Source of the DNA: Eledone cirrhosa
Taxonomy: Eukaryota
NCBI GenBank assembly: GCA_964016885.1
Contig: OZ024743.1
Location: 278,070,001 to 278,134,000 of the forward strand
Direction of reading: 5' to 3'
Length of the DNA stretch: 64,000 bases
In this document: positions 14,174-25,561 of the stretch, piece by piece
Position numbering within the stretch: the first letter of the stretch is position 1
Layout: every line of letters starts with the position of its first letter
Notes under the pieces: model-generated
Told to the model about the DNA's origin: nothing
Database searches by the model: none
The model's input: the letters and a program-made list of their open reading frames with translations, nothing else
Made by a program: the position numbers and the translations under genes

Positions 14174-14200
14174 TATATATATACATATATATATATATAT

Positions 14201-14559
14201 ACAATATATTAATAATTGGAAACTATATTTATAAAACCATAATTATTTTATTATATATATTTCAAGGGCGACCAAGGTAAATTATGGTGCGCTTTCATCA
14301 GATAAAATACAGATTTGTTTTATAAATATTGACATACCCGGAAAAAAAACAACCTCAACGGTTGAAATTCGCTGGATATTCCAGCGAATTTCAACCGTTG
14401 AGGTTGTCTTTTTTCCGGGTATGTCAATATTTATTTATAAAACAAATCTGTATTTTATTTGATGAAAGCGCACCATAATTTACCTTGGTCGCCCTTGAAA
14501 TATATATAATAAAATAATTATGGTTTTATAAATATAGTTTCGATTTATTAATATATTGT
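14201..14559. mobile_element. ~360-bp near-perfect palindrome with an HHR in each arm
   Basis: Centre GCTGGA-TAT-TCCAGC at 14371-14385. Minus 14245-14308: ATTTTAT-CTGATGA-AAG...CTT-GAAA-TATATA-TA-ATAAAAT. The plus copy at 14452-14515 has TTGATGA. Confidence 0.8.
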
Positions 14560-14648
14560 TTATTTACTACACTTAACTGTTGAGTGCTTTATATCAGTTA
14601 TAACATTTTTAAGCTTGTTGAATCCCAACAAATTAAATATAACCTCTG

Positions 14649-14694
<46 letters not shown>

Positions 14695-14699
14695 AAAAT

Positions 14700-14733
<34 letters not shown>

Positions 14734-15200
14734 GGGAGTAGAGTCGATAAACATCTGTTTCTGTTAGTATACACCTGACATCTGATCACATATTGAAAGT
14801 ATAAGAAAGTTAAAATTTGTAATTGACGAAACGAAAACCAACAAATATAACACAAACACTGAAGAGAGAAACAAAACAGGGAAAAAAAACTTCACTTAAT
14901 GTTCCATGCTAAAGTAATGTTTACGAGAAATAAGCTAAATAGAGCAACTTAACACCCGGCTGTATGTGAGTAATATTGACATTGCTAGTGTGTTAATTAA
15001 ATTCAGGTAAATCTAAAGGTGTTTTGTGGAAATTCTTGAGTAAGTTTTTATTCAATTGAATTCTGTAATTTTAGTAATGAACAAGTCTGGCTGTGAACGT
15101 AATTATTTTAAAATATATGTTGTTGACACACAGACAGTTTAAAATGTTGAAAGATAGATAGGTAATTGTTTAGACAACGGAAAAGGGAGAGGGAGAGAGC

Positions 15201-15238
<38 letters not shown>

Positions 15239-15288
15239 GAGCTGAGAGAGAGAAGGAGATAAGAATACATAGATAGATAGAAAATATA

Positions 15289-15335
<47 letters not shown>

Positions 15336-15653
15336 ATCAAAGTATACAAGCCAATAATTAGATAGATAGAGACATACATTGAGGTCAGCAAGAAAATAGA
15401 GTACCACACACACTCATATACACACACACCCACACACACACTCACACATACACACACACATATCATTCGACCTGTCTGCCCCCTCCCCCCTCTCTCTATA
15501 TATACGTGTGTGTGTGTACATATATATATGAATATATATATATGTATATATGATATACATATGTATATGTATATATATATATATGTATATATATATGTAT
15601 ATATATATATATATGTTTATATATATGTATATATATATACATATATATATAAG

Positions 15654-15690
<37 letters not shown>

Positions 15691-16372
15691 GTATATATAT
15701 ATGCATATATGTATATATTTATGTATATATGTATATATGTATATATATGTATATATATGTATATATATATATGTATATATATGTATATGTATATATTATA
15801 TACATATGTATATATATATATATATATATAAATGTGTGTGCATATATATATGTAAGTGGGTGTGTATATGTATAAAGTAGGAGCAGAATATTCTCACGGT
15901 CACATAAGACGAGGAGACAACTGCATCTTTCCTCGTCAGTCCCCTTGCCTCAGTGTGATTTCGCGCTTTAATGGTGTTGTAATTGTATTATCAAGTTGCA
16001 CAACAGGTTACAAAACTACCCTGTTAGTAAGATTTCTGTGAGACGATAACAAAACAAGCAATGGACAGGAACATCTACAAGAGCATTACGACAAAAATAG
16101 ACAACGGACTGAACAGTTAATATCTGTAATAATGTAAATCTGAAAAAATAGGGAAATTTTGACTTTCGTTTGCAGGGTCTGGTCGGGTTGCGGAGCTAAA
16201 GAAAAGAGGTCTGCTCCCTAACAAGGTTGAACGGTAAAATACAGAATGATGAGTTTATGGGTAAAGGGAAGCAGAAGACGATAATGAGAGAAACAAGGAT
16301 AGAGTGAATGTGAAAGAAGAAGAGTGTAAGAGAGAGATAGAGAGAAAGTGAGAGAGAGATCTAAAGCGAACG

Positions 16373-16430
<58 letters not shown>

Positions 16431-16963
16431 TAAAGAGGGGGAAAGAGAAAGTGAGGGGAGAATAGGGAGAGAATAAAGTAGAAATTGTCCAGAGGATTCA
16501 CGCAAATAAAGACAAAGGAGTTAATCGAGAAATAGCAGTGTGTCAACGTTGTATATATATATTGTATCAGCAAAATATACGCAGAGTTACATACAACGAC
16601 AGCTGAAAACAGTTACATACAGACAGCTGAATCTTTACCTCACCAGCCACCCTTTTGGCATGTAATTTCGCGCAGTAAGGTAGCATTGTACTTGTAATGC
16701 GGGTTTGCGAAGCAGATTGGGAATGCTTTGTTGATAACATACCTGAGAATTGATAACAAAATAAAGAATGGACAATATACAGTTTTCTTTCGACAAATCA
16801 GAGATAACATACACGCACACATACAAATACACACACACATACTCCCCCCCACACCCATATATACATATATATATATGTATGTATGTTTGTTTGTATGTGG
16901 GTAAGTGCTTGTATGTCTGTGTGTTTATGTATAGTTTATTGAGTCCAATTTCTTATTACTCAA

Positions 16964-17143
16964 TAATTGTTTCTACTTTAGGCACAAGGCCAGCAAATAA
17001 TCCAGTGCATTACTGGTACTTTATTTTTATCGACCCCATAAGGATGAAAGGTAAAGTCAACCTCGGCGGGATTTGAACTCAGATCGTAAAGGGACGTAAC
17101 TATGCTGGAAAGCATGGCGTCCGACCCTCTACCGATACTGCCA
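16964..17143 (-). mobile_element. SINE
   Basis: Reverse complement of the SINE consensus. Confidence 0.85.
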
Positions 17144-17193
17144 TACTCAATAATGAGCTCTCGATATGTAGACATAGAAGTAATGTATATATT

Positions 17194-17422
17194 TTAATAC
17201 AAGCTATTAGCTGCAGATTCATGGAGTTAGCAGTTTAATAGTATTTGTTGAGAAATGTAAATATCTATTACCAGGCTGTCGTAATTAATGTTCAACCAGG
17301 TTTCTGAAGATTAGTCATGAGAAACCGTAAAAAGTTCTTCTGATGTGAGAGAACACCCGCCTTTATCATCAAAGACAGTGAAACTGCTAATTCTTGAATG
17401 TCCAGCTAGTAACATGTATTAA
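17194..17422 (+). mobile_element. Old fold-back with minimal HHR (17301-17332)
   Basis: Diverged arms ~17194-17236 and 17380-17422; TTT-CTGAAGA-TTA GTCA TGA-GAAA-CCG-TA-AAA. Confidence 0.45.
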
Positions 17423-17573
17423 TATATATATGAAGTATTTCCGTAGAAAGGGTCAAGGAAGTGAGAGTGCTCTATGTATGCTACAGAGCTAATTAATTAT
17501 ACAATTAATGCATTTACCAAAGGTTTCACGAATAATTGCGTTATGTTGTTTTTACATAATTATATATATATAT

Positions 17574-17604
<31 letters not shown>

Positions 17605-17605
17605 A

Positions 17606-17660
<55 letters not shown>

Positions 17661-17704
17661 GAGAGCTAGAGAGAAATAGAGAGAGCGAGAGAGAAATAAA
17701 TAGG

Positions 17705-17742
<38 letters not shown>

Positions 17743-17896
17743 CACACATACATTATACTACGGAACATGAAAATAATAGAGTATCAATTGTTGGCTATTT
17801 CTGGAGTCCAGAAATATATATATATATATATATATGTAGTATAACAATAAAATGTTAAAGGTAATCCGATAAGAGTCTGCGAAAACAACGTCTCAT

Positions 17897-17940
<44 letters not shown>

Positions 17941-17954
17941 GCACACATACAAAT

Positions 17955-18014
<60 letters not shown>

Positions 18015-18019
<5 letters not shown>

Positions 18020-18625
18020 GATAAGCAGAACAAGCAAAATTTAACAAATTTTTTTAAATAAATTTAAAAATATAATATAAATATTTACCTCTTCTAATGG
18101 GCCTTACTGATCAGTTTCGCTTTGTAAAACCCCAGAAATCCGATGCATATCTGATGGAAAACCAAAGCTCATCAGAGAAGCATTTTCCTTTCCTAGGGCT
18201 AAAGACTCAGGAACGATAAAATATGTGACCTCCTGCTAGCTTATACAGGTCTGAAAGGTCGTAAAAGTGACCCGTATGTAAACCGGTCCGAAGTAAAAGC
18301 GGGAAACCACAGACTTGCTGTCTATAATTACTACTAAAAAATAGCAGCTAAATAGAACAACAGATTTGTTCTCTACATAACGGAGTATAATGAATGAAAT
18401 TAATATGTCCACAGATACTAAGTACCCCTAGAATTACATAGGTTGTCTATGATTCAAGGTTGTTATTAATTTAACATACCAGAACTTAATATTAAGATAA
18501 GCAGAACAAGCAAAATTTAACCAATTTTTTAAAATAAATTAAAAAATATAATATAAATATTTACCTCTTCTAATGGCCCTTACTGATCAGTTTCGCTTTG
18601 TAAAACCCTAGAAATCCGATGGATA

Positions 18626-18628
<3 letters not shown>
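18015..18628 (-). mobile_element. ~475-bp direct repeat (1.3 units) with HHR at ~18101-18181
   Basis: 18015-18146 is repeated at 18490-18621. Minus strand: CT-CTGATGA-GCTTTG...CAAAGC-GAAA-CTGATCAG-TA-AG; palindromic helix III. TA-flanked. Confidence 0.72.
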
Positions 18629-18656
<28 letters not shown>

Positions 18657-18756
18657 TTGCGGTAAACATTGATGCAATTCAATTCAAACAGTCTACGTAA
18701 TTTTTCCACATGGGAATGACAGAGTATATTTAGATGAATTAAATGAAGTAGTTTCA

Positions 18757-19103
18757 GATGTTAAAGTCCTTTATTGATAAGGCTGTGATACATATTTCAA
18801 TGACGACAGTGGCCATGCGATTCCGCTTAACCCGTGCCATGATCTTATCAGACAGCTCTGTTATACAATACGGTTACGTTCTCGTAATCCAAATTAAAAC
18901 GACAAGGGACGGGCGTAGACTTCAAAAACATCACCTTCGTCCGCTCCCTTGTCGTTTTAATTTGAATTGCTTCGAGAACGTAACCTTATTATGTGATAGA
19001 GCTGTCTGATGAGAAGATCATAGCACTGGTTAAGCGGAATCGCGTGGCAACTCTCGTCATTGAAATATGTATCACATCCTTATCAATAAAGGATTTTAAC
19101 ATC
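18757..19103 (+). mobile_element. Fold-back (~160-bp arms) with HHR at 19001-19078
   Basis: Arms 18757-18916 and 18938-19103. GCTGT-CTGATGA-...-GAAA-TATGTA-TC-ACA(T/G)C; the left arm preserves ACAGC. Confidence 0.65.
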
Positions 19104-19202
19104 CGCAACTACCTCGCATCTTATATATATATAAACCTATTAAATTAATTAAAACAACAGGAGGCCTAACTGACGATATACTTTTAACATTTTTTGTTTC
19201 AA

Positions 19203-19234
<32 letters not shown>

Positions 19235-19239
19235 ACACG

Positions 19240-19313
<74 letters not shown>

Positions 19314-19314
19314 T

Positions 19315-19415
19315 CAAAGCGGACCGAAGAAACAATGTTTCCGTTGGTCTTACCCTCTCTCGGTCGCAACTCCAGGTAGAAGGAGCAAGGTGAAATAAAT
19401 TGCCTTGCTCAAGGA
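19315..19415 (-). mobile_element. Second SINE family, 3' fragment
   Basis: Matches 47803-47912. Confidence 0.7.
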
Positions 19416-19419
19416 GATT

Positions 19420-19778
19420 CATGGAAGAGTTCTCCCCGGCGGTCTCTGTCCTTGATCATCGCCGCCACGTCCAGCGTCTCCCAGTGACTAGTGTCTGTCC
19501 TTAGGGCATCAATATATGTCATCATAGGTCTCCCTCTTCTAATGTGTCCGTGTAGGGGCTCCCACAGGACCACCGAGTGCAGTGTCAACTCTGAATGTCG
19601 TTGAGCATGTCAAGCTAACCTTAGTCTCCTCTGTTTCGAGCTGACCTATTGGAGGCTCCAGTACAGCTCTGAGTTCTTCATCCTCAGTGTATACTCATTA
19701 ATGATCAGAGTAATTCTCAGTATTTTCGTGTAGCACCCGACCACCATCTGAGTGAGCCACTTGGTCAGTGTCCAAGTC
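19420..19778 (-). pseudogene. RTE-clade LINE 3' fragment
   Basis: TWTLTK..GCYTKILR...RRLRLA*HAQRH..VVLWEP.HG..RRGRP..TYIDAL..DT...DRD. Confidence 0.75.
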
Positions 19779-19888
19779 TATATATATAGATATATCCGCA
19801 AACTCATTCATCCTCTTGCCTGAATAAAGTCGTGTTGGTGATTGCGTGATTACAGCAACATGTAAAACTGAAAGTCACCGACATTATA

Positions 19889-20077
19889 GGGCGGTGGATT
19901 GGCAGTATCGGTAGAGAGTCGGACACCATGCTTTCCAGCATAGTTACGTCCCTTTACGGTTTGAGTTCAAATCCCGCCGAGGTTAACTTTGCCTTTCATC
20001 CTTACGGGATCGATAAAATAAAGTACCAGTAATACACTGGGTAATTGCTGGCCTTGTGCCTAAAGTAGAAACAATTA
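19889..20077 (+). mobile_element. SINE, full length
   Basis: A-box-like TGGCAGTATCGG, B-box GAGTTCAAATCCC. Confidence 0.88.
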
Positions 20078-20292
20078 TATATTACAACTTATTATGAATA
20101 AAGGAATTATGGATATCTACATTTGGCCTTCGCAGTTATCATTATTGTACGTATACTCGGTCATGTACTACCAAATCATCTTTGGAATGATGCACATCAT
20201 GTCGAGTGGTAATTGCATCATCATTGACTGATTGGTGTGTTGCATACACAAACCTGGTTAACCAACATTTCATCAAATAAGTATATATACAT

Positions 20293-20323
<31 letters not shown>

Positions 20324-20328
20324 CATAT

Positions 20329-20378
<50 letters not shown>

Positions 20379-20682
20379 GAAGTAATTCCGTCGGAAGGTC
20401 CAGGAAAAAAGTGTGCTCTATGTAGGTTACAGAGCTTATTTATGAAATATCATATATATATATATTACATATATATATATATAGAGAGAGAACATATTTA
20501 TGTAATATCACATATATATATATATTGGAATAAATGCTCTGAAATAGCGATATATATGTGAATATAGACATAGAATATTCGAAAATATTCTGTATGTTTA
20601 TAATAAACATTTTGAAGACCTAATCGCTATAGAATAGAATACGTCACGTATTACAATTAGATTCTCGACAAAAGCAAGGGAA

Positions 20683-20725
20683 GTAATCTACGCGTTTCAT
20701 TCTTGTTAGAAATCTTCAGGACTAC
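20683..20725 (-). ncRNA. Hammerhead ribozyme, inverted copy at the array 5' end
   Basis: Exact reverse complement of the 20787-20829 core. Confidence 0.8.
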
Positions 20726-20762
20726 ATATCCAGTGCTTATTCTATAAGTCTCTAGCTGTGTC

Positions 20763-20851
20763 ATTCTCGATAAAAGCACTGGATATGTAGTCCTGAAGAT
20801 TTCTAACAAGAATGAAACGCGTAGATTACTTCCCTTGCTTTTGTCGAGAAT
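20763..20851 (+). ncRNA. Type I hammerhead ribozyme (first of 8 sense copies, every 310 bp)
   Basis: GTAGTC-CTGAAGA-T TTCT AACA AGAA T-GAAA-CGCG-TA-GATTAC. Helix I is GUAGUC/GAUUAC, extended by ATTCTCGATAAAAGCA/TGCTTTTGTCGAGAAT. Helix III is the palindrome ACGCGT. Cleavage triplet GUA, predicted cut after 20823. Confidence 0.85.
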
Positions 20852-23121
20852 CTAATTGTAATACGTGACGTATTCTATTCTATAGCGATTAGGTCTTCAA
20901 AATGTTTATTATAAACATACAGAATATTTTCGAATATTCTATGTCTATATTCACATATATATCGCTATTTCAGAGCATTTATTCCAATTTCTAATTTCTG
21001 CCGGACCGGCAACCGCTCTTTCAAACCAGTTCCTGTACACAGCTAAGTATTCTATAAGTCTCTAGCTGTGTCATTCTCGATAAAAGCACTGGATATGTAG
21101 TCCTGAAGATTTCTAACAAGAATGAAACGCGTAGATTACTTCCCTTGCTTTTGTCGAGAATCTAATTGTAATACGTGACGTATTCTATTCTATAGCGATT
21201 AGGTCTTCAAAATGTTTATTATAAACATACAGAATATTTTCGAATATTCTATGTCTATATTCACATATATATCGCTATTTCAGAGCATTTATTCCAATTT
21301 CTAATTTCTGCCGGACCGGCAACCGCTCTTTCAAACCAGTTCCTGTACACAGCTAAGTATTCTATAAGTCTCTAGCTGTGTCATTCTCGATAAAAGCACT
21401 GGATATGTAGTCCTGAAGATTTCTAACAAGAATGAAACACGTAGATTACTTCCCTTGCTTTTGTCGAGAATCTAATTGTAATACGTGACGTATTCTATTC
21501 TATAGCGATTAGGTCTTCAAAATGTTTATTATAAACATACAGAATATTTTCGAATATTCTATGTCTATATTCACATATATATCGCTATTTCAGAGCATTT
21601 ATTCCAATTTCTAATTTCTGCCGGACCGGCAACCGCTCTTTCAAACCAGTTCCTGTACACAGCTAAGTATTCTATAAGTCTCTAGCTGTGTCATTCTCGA
21701 TAAAAGCACTGGATATGTAGTCCTGAAGATTTCTAACAAGAATGAAACGCGTAGATTACTTCCCTTGCTTTTGTCGAGAATCTAATTGTAATACGTGACG
21801 TATTCTATTCTATAGCGATTAGGTCTTCAAAATGTTTATTATAAACATACAGAATATTTTCGAATATTCTATGTCTATATTCACATATATATCGCTATTT
21901 CAGAGCATTTATTCCAATTTCTAATTTCTGCCGGACCGGCAACCGCTCTTTCAAACCAGTTCCTGTACACAGCTAAGTATTCTATAAGTCTCTAGCTGTG
22001 TCATTCTCGATAAAAGCACTGGATATGTAGTCCTGAAGATTTCTAACAAGAATGAAACGCGTAGATTACTTCCCTTGCTTTTGTCGAGAATCTAATTGTA
22101 ATACGTGACGTATTCTATTCTATAGCGATTAGGTCTTCAAAATGTTTATTATAAACATACAGAATATTTTCGAATATTCTATGTCTATATTCACATATAT
22201 ATCGCTATTTCAGAGCATTTATTCCAATTTCTAATTTCTGCCGGACCGGCAACCGCTCTTTCAAACCAGTTCCTGTACACAGCTAAGTATTCTATAAGTC
22301 TCTAGCTGTGTCATTCTCGATAAAAGCACTGGATATGTAGTCCTGAAGATTTCTAACAAGAATGAAACGCGTAGATTACTTCCCTTGCTTTTGTCGAGAA
22401 TCTAATTGTAATACGTGACGTATTCTATTCTATAGCGATTAGGTCTTCAAAATGTTTATTATAAACATACAGAATATTTTCGAATATTCTATGTCTATAT
22501 TCACATATATATCGCTATTTCAGAGCATTTATTCCAATTTCTAATTTCTGCCGGACCGGCAACCGCTCTTTCAAACCAGTTCCTGTACACAGCTAAGTAT
22601 TCTATAAGTCTCTAGCTGTGTCATTCTCGATAAAAGCACTGGATATGTAGTCCTGAAGATTTCTAACAAGAATGAAACGCGTAGATTACTTCCCTTGCTT
22701 TTGTCGAGAATCTAATTGTAATACGTGACGTATTCTATTCTATAGCGATTAGGTCTTCAAAATGTTTATTATAAACATACAGAATATTTTCGAATATTCT
22801 ATGTCTATATTCACATATATATCGCTATTTCAGAGCATTTATTCCAATTTCTAATTTCTGCCGGACCGGCAACCGCTCTTTCAAACCAGTTCCTGTACAC
22901 AGCTAAGTATTCTATAAGTCTCTAGCTGTGTCATTCTCGATAAAAGCACTGGATATGTAGTCCTGAAGATTTCTAACAAGAATGAAACGCGTAGATTACT
23001 TCCCTTGCTTTTGTCGAGAATCTAATTGTAATACGTGACGTATTCTATTCTATAGCGATTAGGTCTTCAAAATGTTTATTATAAACATACAGAATATTTT
23101 CGAATATTCTATGTCTATATT

Positions 23122-23156
<35 letters not shown>

Positions 23157-23158
<2 letters not shown>

Positions 23159-23328
23159 ACGTTAACCTTAGTCTTCCTCTTCTAGAAGAGGAAGACCAAG
23201 GTTAACGTATGTTGATGCCCTAAGGACAGACACTGGCCTGTTGGAGACGCAGGACATGGCAGCGATAATGAGGGACAGAGACCGCTGGAGAGAACTCGTC
23301 CATGGATCTCAGGAATTTTACCCGCCTT

Positions 23329-23331
<3 letters not shown>
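23157..23331 (+). mobile_element. RTE 3'-end fragment with a palindromic 5' junction
   Basis: [18 protein letters not shown]...DRDRWR, same family as 19420-19778. 23157-23210 is a near-perfect palindrome centred on TTCTAGAA. TA-flanked. Confidence 0.75.
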
Positions 23332-23412
<81 letters not shown>

Positions 23413-23444
23413 GTATATATATATATATTTATGTATATATATAC

Positions 23445-23477
<33 letters not shown>

Positions 23478-23529
23478 AGTTGAACACTGGTGGGTTAGGT
23501 AGAACACTCGTTACACGGGACGATTTTGG

Positions 23530-23716
23530 TAGAAGTAGTTCCACAACAGTTAATTCACCATTTCCGAGAACAGTTTGTTTCACCTGAGACGGATCATTAG
23601 TTCGATTTAAATGAAATTATGCTGTATAATCTTATTTAAACTGAGTTGATGATCCGTCTAAGGTGAAACAAACTGTTCTCGGAAATGGTGAATTAACTGT
23701 TGTGGAACTACTTCTA
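23530..23716 (+). mobile_element. Fold-back with HHR at 23641-23682 (C3U)
   Basis: Arms 23530-23597 and 23650-23716. CTGAG-TTGATGA-T CC GTCTAA GG T-GAAA-CAAACTG-TT-CTCGG. Confidence 0.65.
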
Positions 23717-23730
23717 TATATATATATATA

Positions 23731-23995
23731 TAAATGAATGGTATAGAAGTTATTGCAGCAAGAAGCCAACAGTATTCCATAATATATAAGTGACTATAGC
23801 GTCAAAATGGGAAAATAGTTAACGTAAGATGTGGGAAAAATAATTCAAACTCAATTCAAAAAGAATCAGGATATAGATTTATCCAACAGAATTTAGTGAA
23901 ATCCAGGGAAAAATCAATAGAGCCTTAACTCATGATAAAATAATGTTTAAAATACTCATCCTGCGATTTGAGACAACTACAAATGCTCTGTATAG
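23731..23995 (-). repeat. Partial copy of the 633-bp unit
   Basis: Matches 4088-4352. Confidence 0.85.
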
Positions 23996-24255
23996 TATAT
24001 AGTATATATACACATACACATACACACATATATATGTGTGTGTGTGTGTGTTTGGGTGTACATTTTATTAAGACTAAATGGTGCGTCTTGTTACTCGAGT
24101 TTATATATATACTTTCGTAGGTGATTGCATAACTGAATTGAACCACGTGTTAGAGACCCTAACGTATAATAAACGTTTCTTCGAACTTCAATAACTGTTG
24201 CCTATGTTTTGCTACTATGGCTACTATACACACACACACACACACATACACACAC

Positions 24256-24373
<118 letters not shown>

Positions 24374-24576
24374 TATTTTCTTCTCGCGAGTCAGTTCTTT
24401 CGTTGCTACGGAACCCGCGGCTAAATTACCGGTCGCTATCTTCAATTTGCAAAGCCCTTTAAACTGTATGTTATTACTCTGAGGTTTTATACCTTGTCGA
24501 CTGCTTGGCTCTACTTCTGAATGTATTCGTCGGCTTAGCTGCGGCTCGAGCTTCGAATATGCTGTACTACCATTTG

Positions 24577-24608
<32 letters not shown>

Positions 24609-24609
<1 letters not shown>

Positions 24610-24812
24610 CGAAGGAAAAGGGGTAAGGAACCAGTTGGACCATAACGCACCAAAGTACTCAATACTTAGGGTAGTAGAGTGGGTAATAGGAGTAAGTAAG
24701 ACCCCGACGGCTGAGCTCAAGCCGTTTCGACGCCTAATTCTGTACTCGGCTAATTGAGTACAGAATTAGCTGTCGAAACGGCTTGAGCTCAGCCGTCGGG
24801 GTCTTACTTACT

Positions 24813-24816
<4 letters not shown>
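24609..24816. repeat. ~135-bp family, fold-back copy
   Basis: Minus-strand full copy plus plus-strand partial copy, centre GTACTC-GGCTAATT-GAGTAC. Confidence 0.85.
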
Positions 24817-24862
<46 letters not shown>

Positions 24863-24865
<3 letters not shown>

Positions 24866-25440
24866 TAGTAGTAGTACTGGTGGTGGTGGTAGTAGTAGTA
24901 GTAGTAGTAATAGTAGTAGTAGCAGTAGCAGCAGCAGTAGTAGTAGTAGCAGTAGTAGTAGTAGTGGTGGTGGTGGTAGTGGTGGTGTTGGTGGCGGTGT
25001 TGGTAGTGTTAGTAGTCAATATGTGTCGATGCTAGTGATGGAGGTGAACGTGATAATAGAATTCGGTTTTGTTTTTGTGGCCTATAGTGTCTGCAATACT
25101 GGTGATAGATGTAGTGGTTATTAGTGAACAATGTTGGTAACTGTATGGAGGAGGAGGGGGGGGGGCGATGAGGAGGTGGAGGAGGAGAAGAAGAAGAAGA
25201 AGAAGAAGAAGAAGAAGAAGAAGAAGAAGAAGAAGAAGAAGAAGAAGAAAAAGAAGTAAAAGAAGTAAAAGAAAAAGAAAAACAAAAAGAAAAACAAAAA
25301 CAAAAAGAAGAAGAAAGAGAAGATGTTGATGATGAAGAAGAAGAAGAAGAAGAAGAAGAAGAAGAAGAAGAAGAAGAAGAAGAAGAAGAAGAAGAAATGA
25401 TAGAGGAGGAGAAGAATAAGAAAAAGAAGTATTAAATGAA
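24863..25440. repeat. Trinucleotide microsatellites (AGT/GGT/GAA)
   Basis: Directly visible; representative of the many (TA)n, (CA)n, (GA)n and (TATG)n tracts in the window. Confidence 0.95.
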
Positions 25441-25466
25441 GAAGATTACAAATACGATAAAGAGAG

Positions 25467-25561
<95 letters not shown>

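Larger units (their letters stand above)
20524..23120 (+). mobile_element. Retrozyme-like / PLE pseudo-LTR tandem array: 310-bp unit x ~7.7 with a 5' inverted partial copy, between (TA)n tracts
   Basis: Unit motif TCTATAAGTC recurs at 20741, 21051, 21361, 21671, 21981, 22291, 22601 and 22911 (period 310, nearly identical; last unit partial). 20524-20738 is the reverse complement of ~20774-20988. Each unit carries an HHR. No ORF. Confidence 0.9.

Noticed and set aside
20741-23120. Regular array as CRISPR or plain satellite
   Set aside because: No variable spacers, no cas genes and a eukaryotic context. The HHR and inverted head favour a retrozyme.
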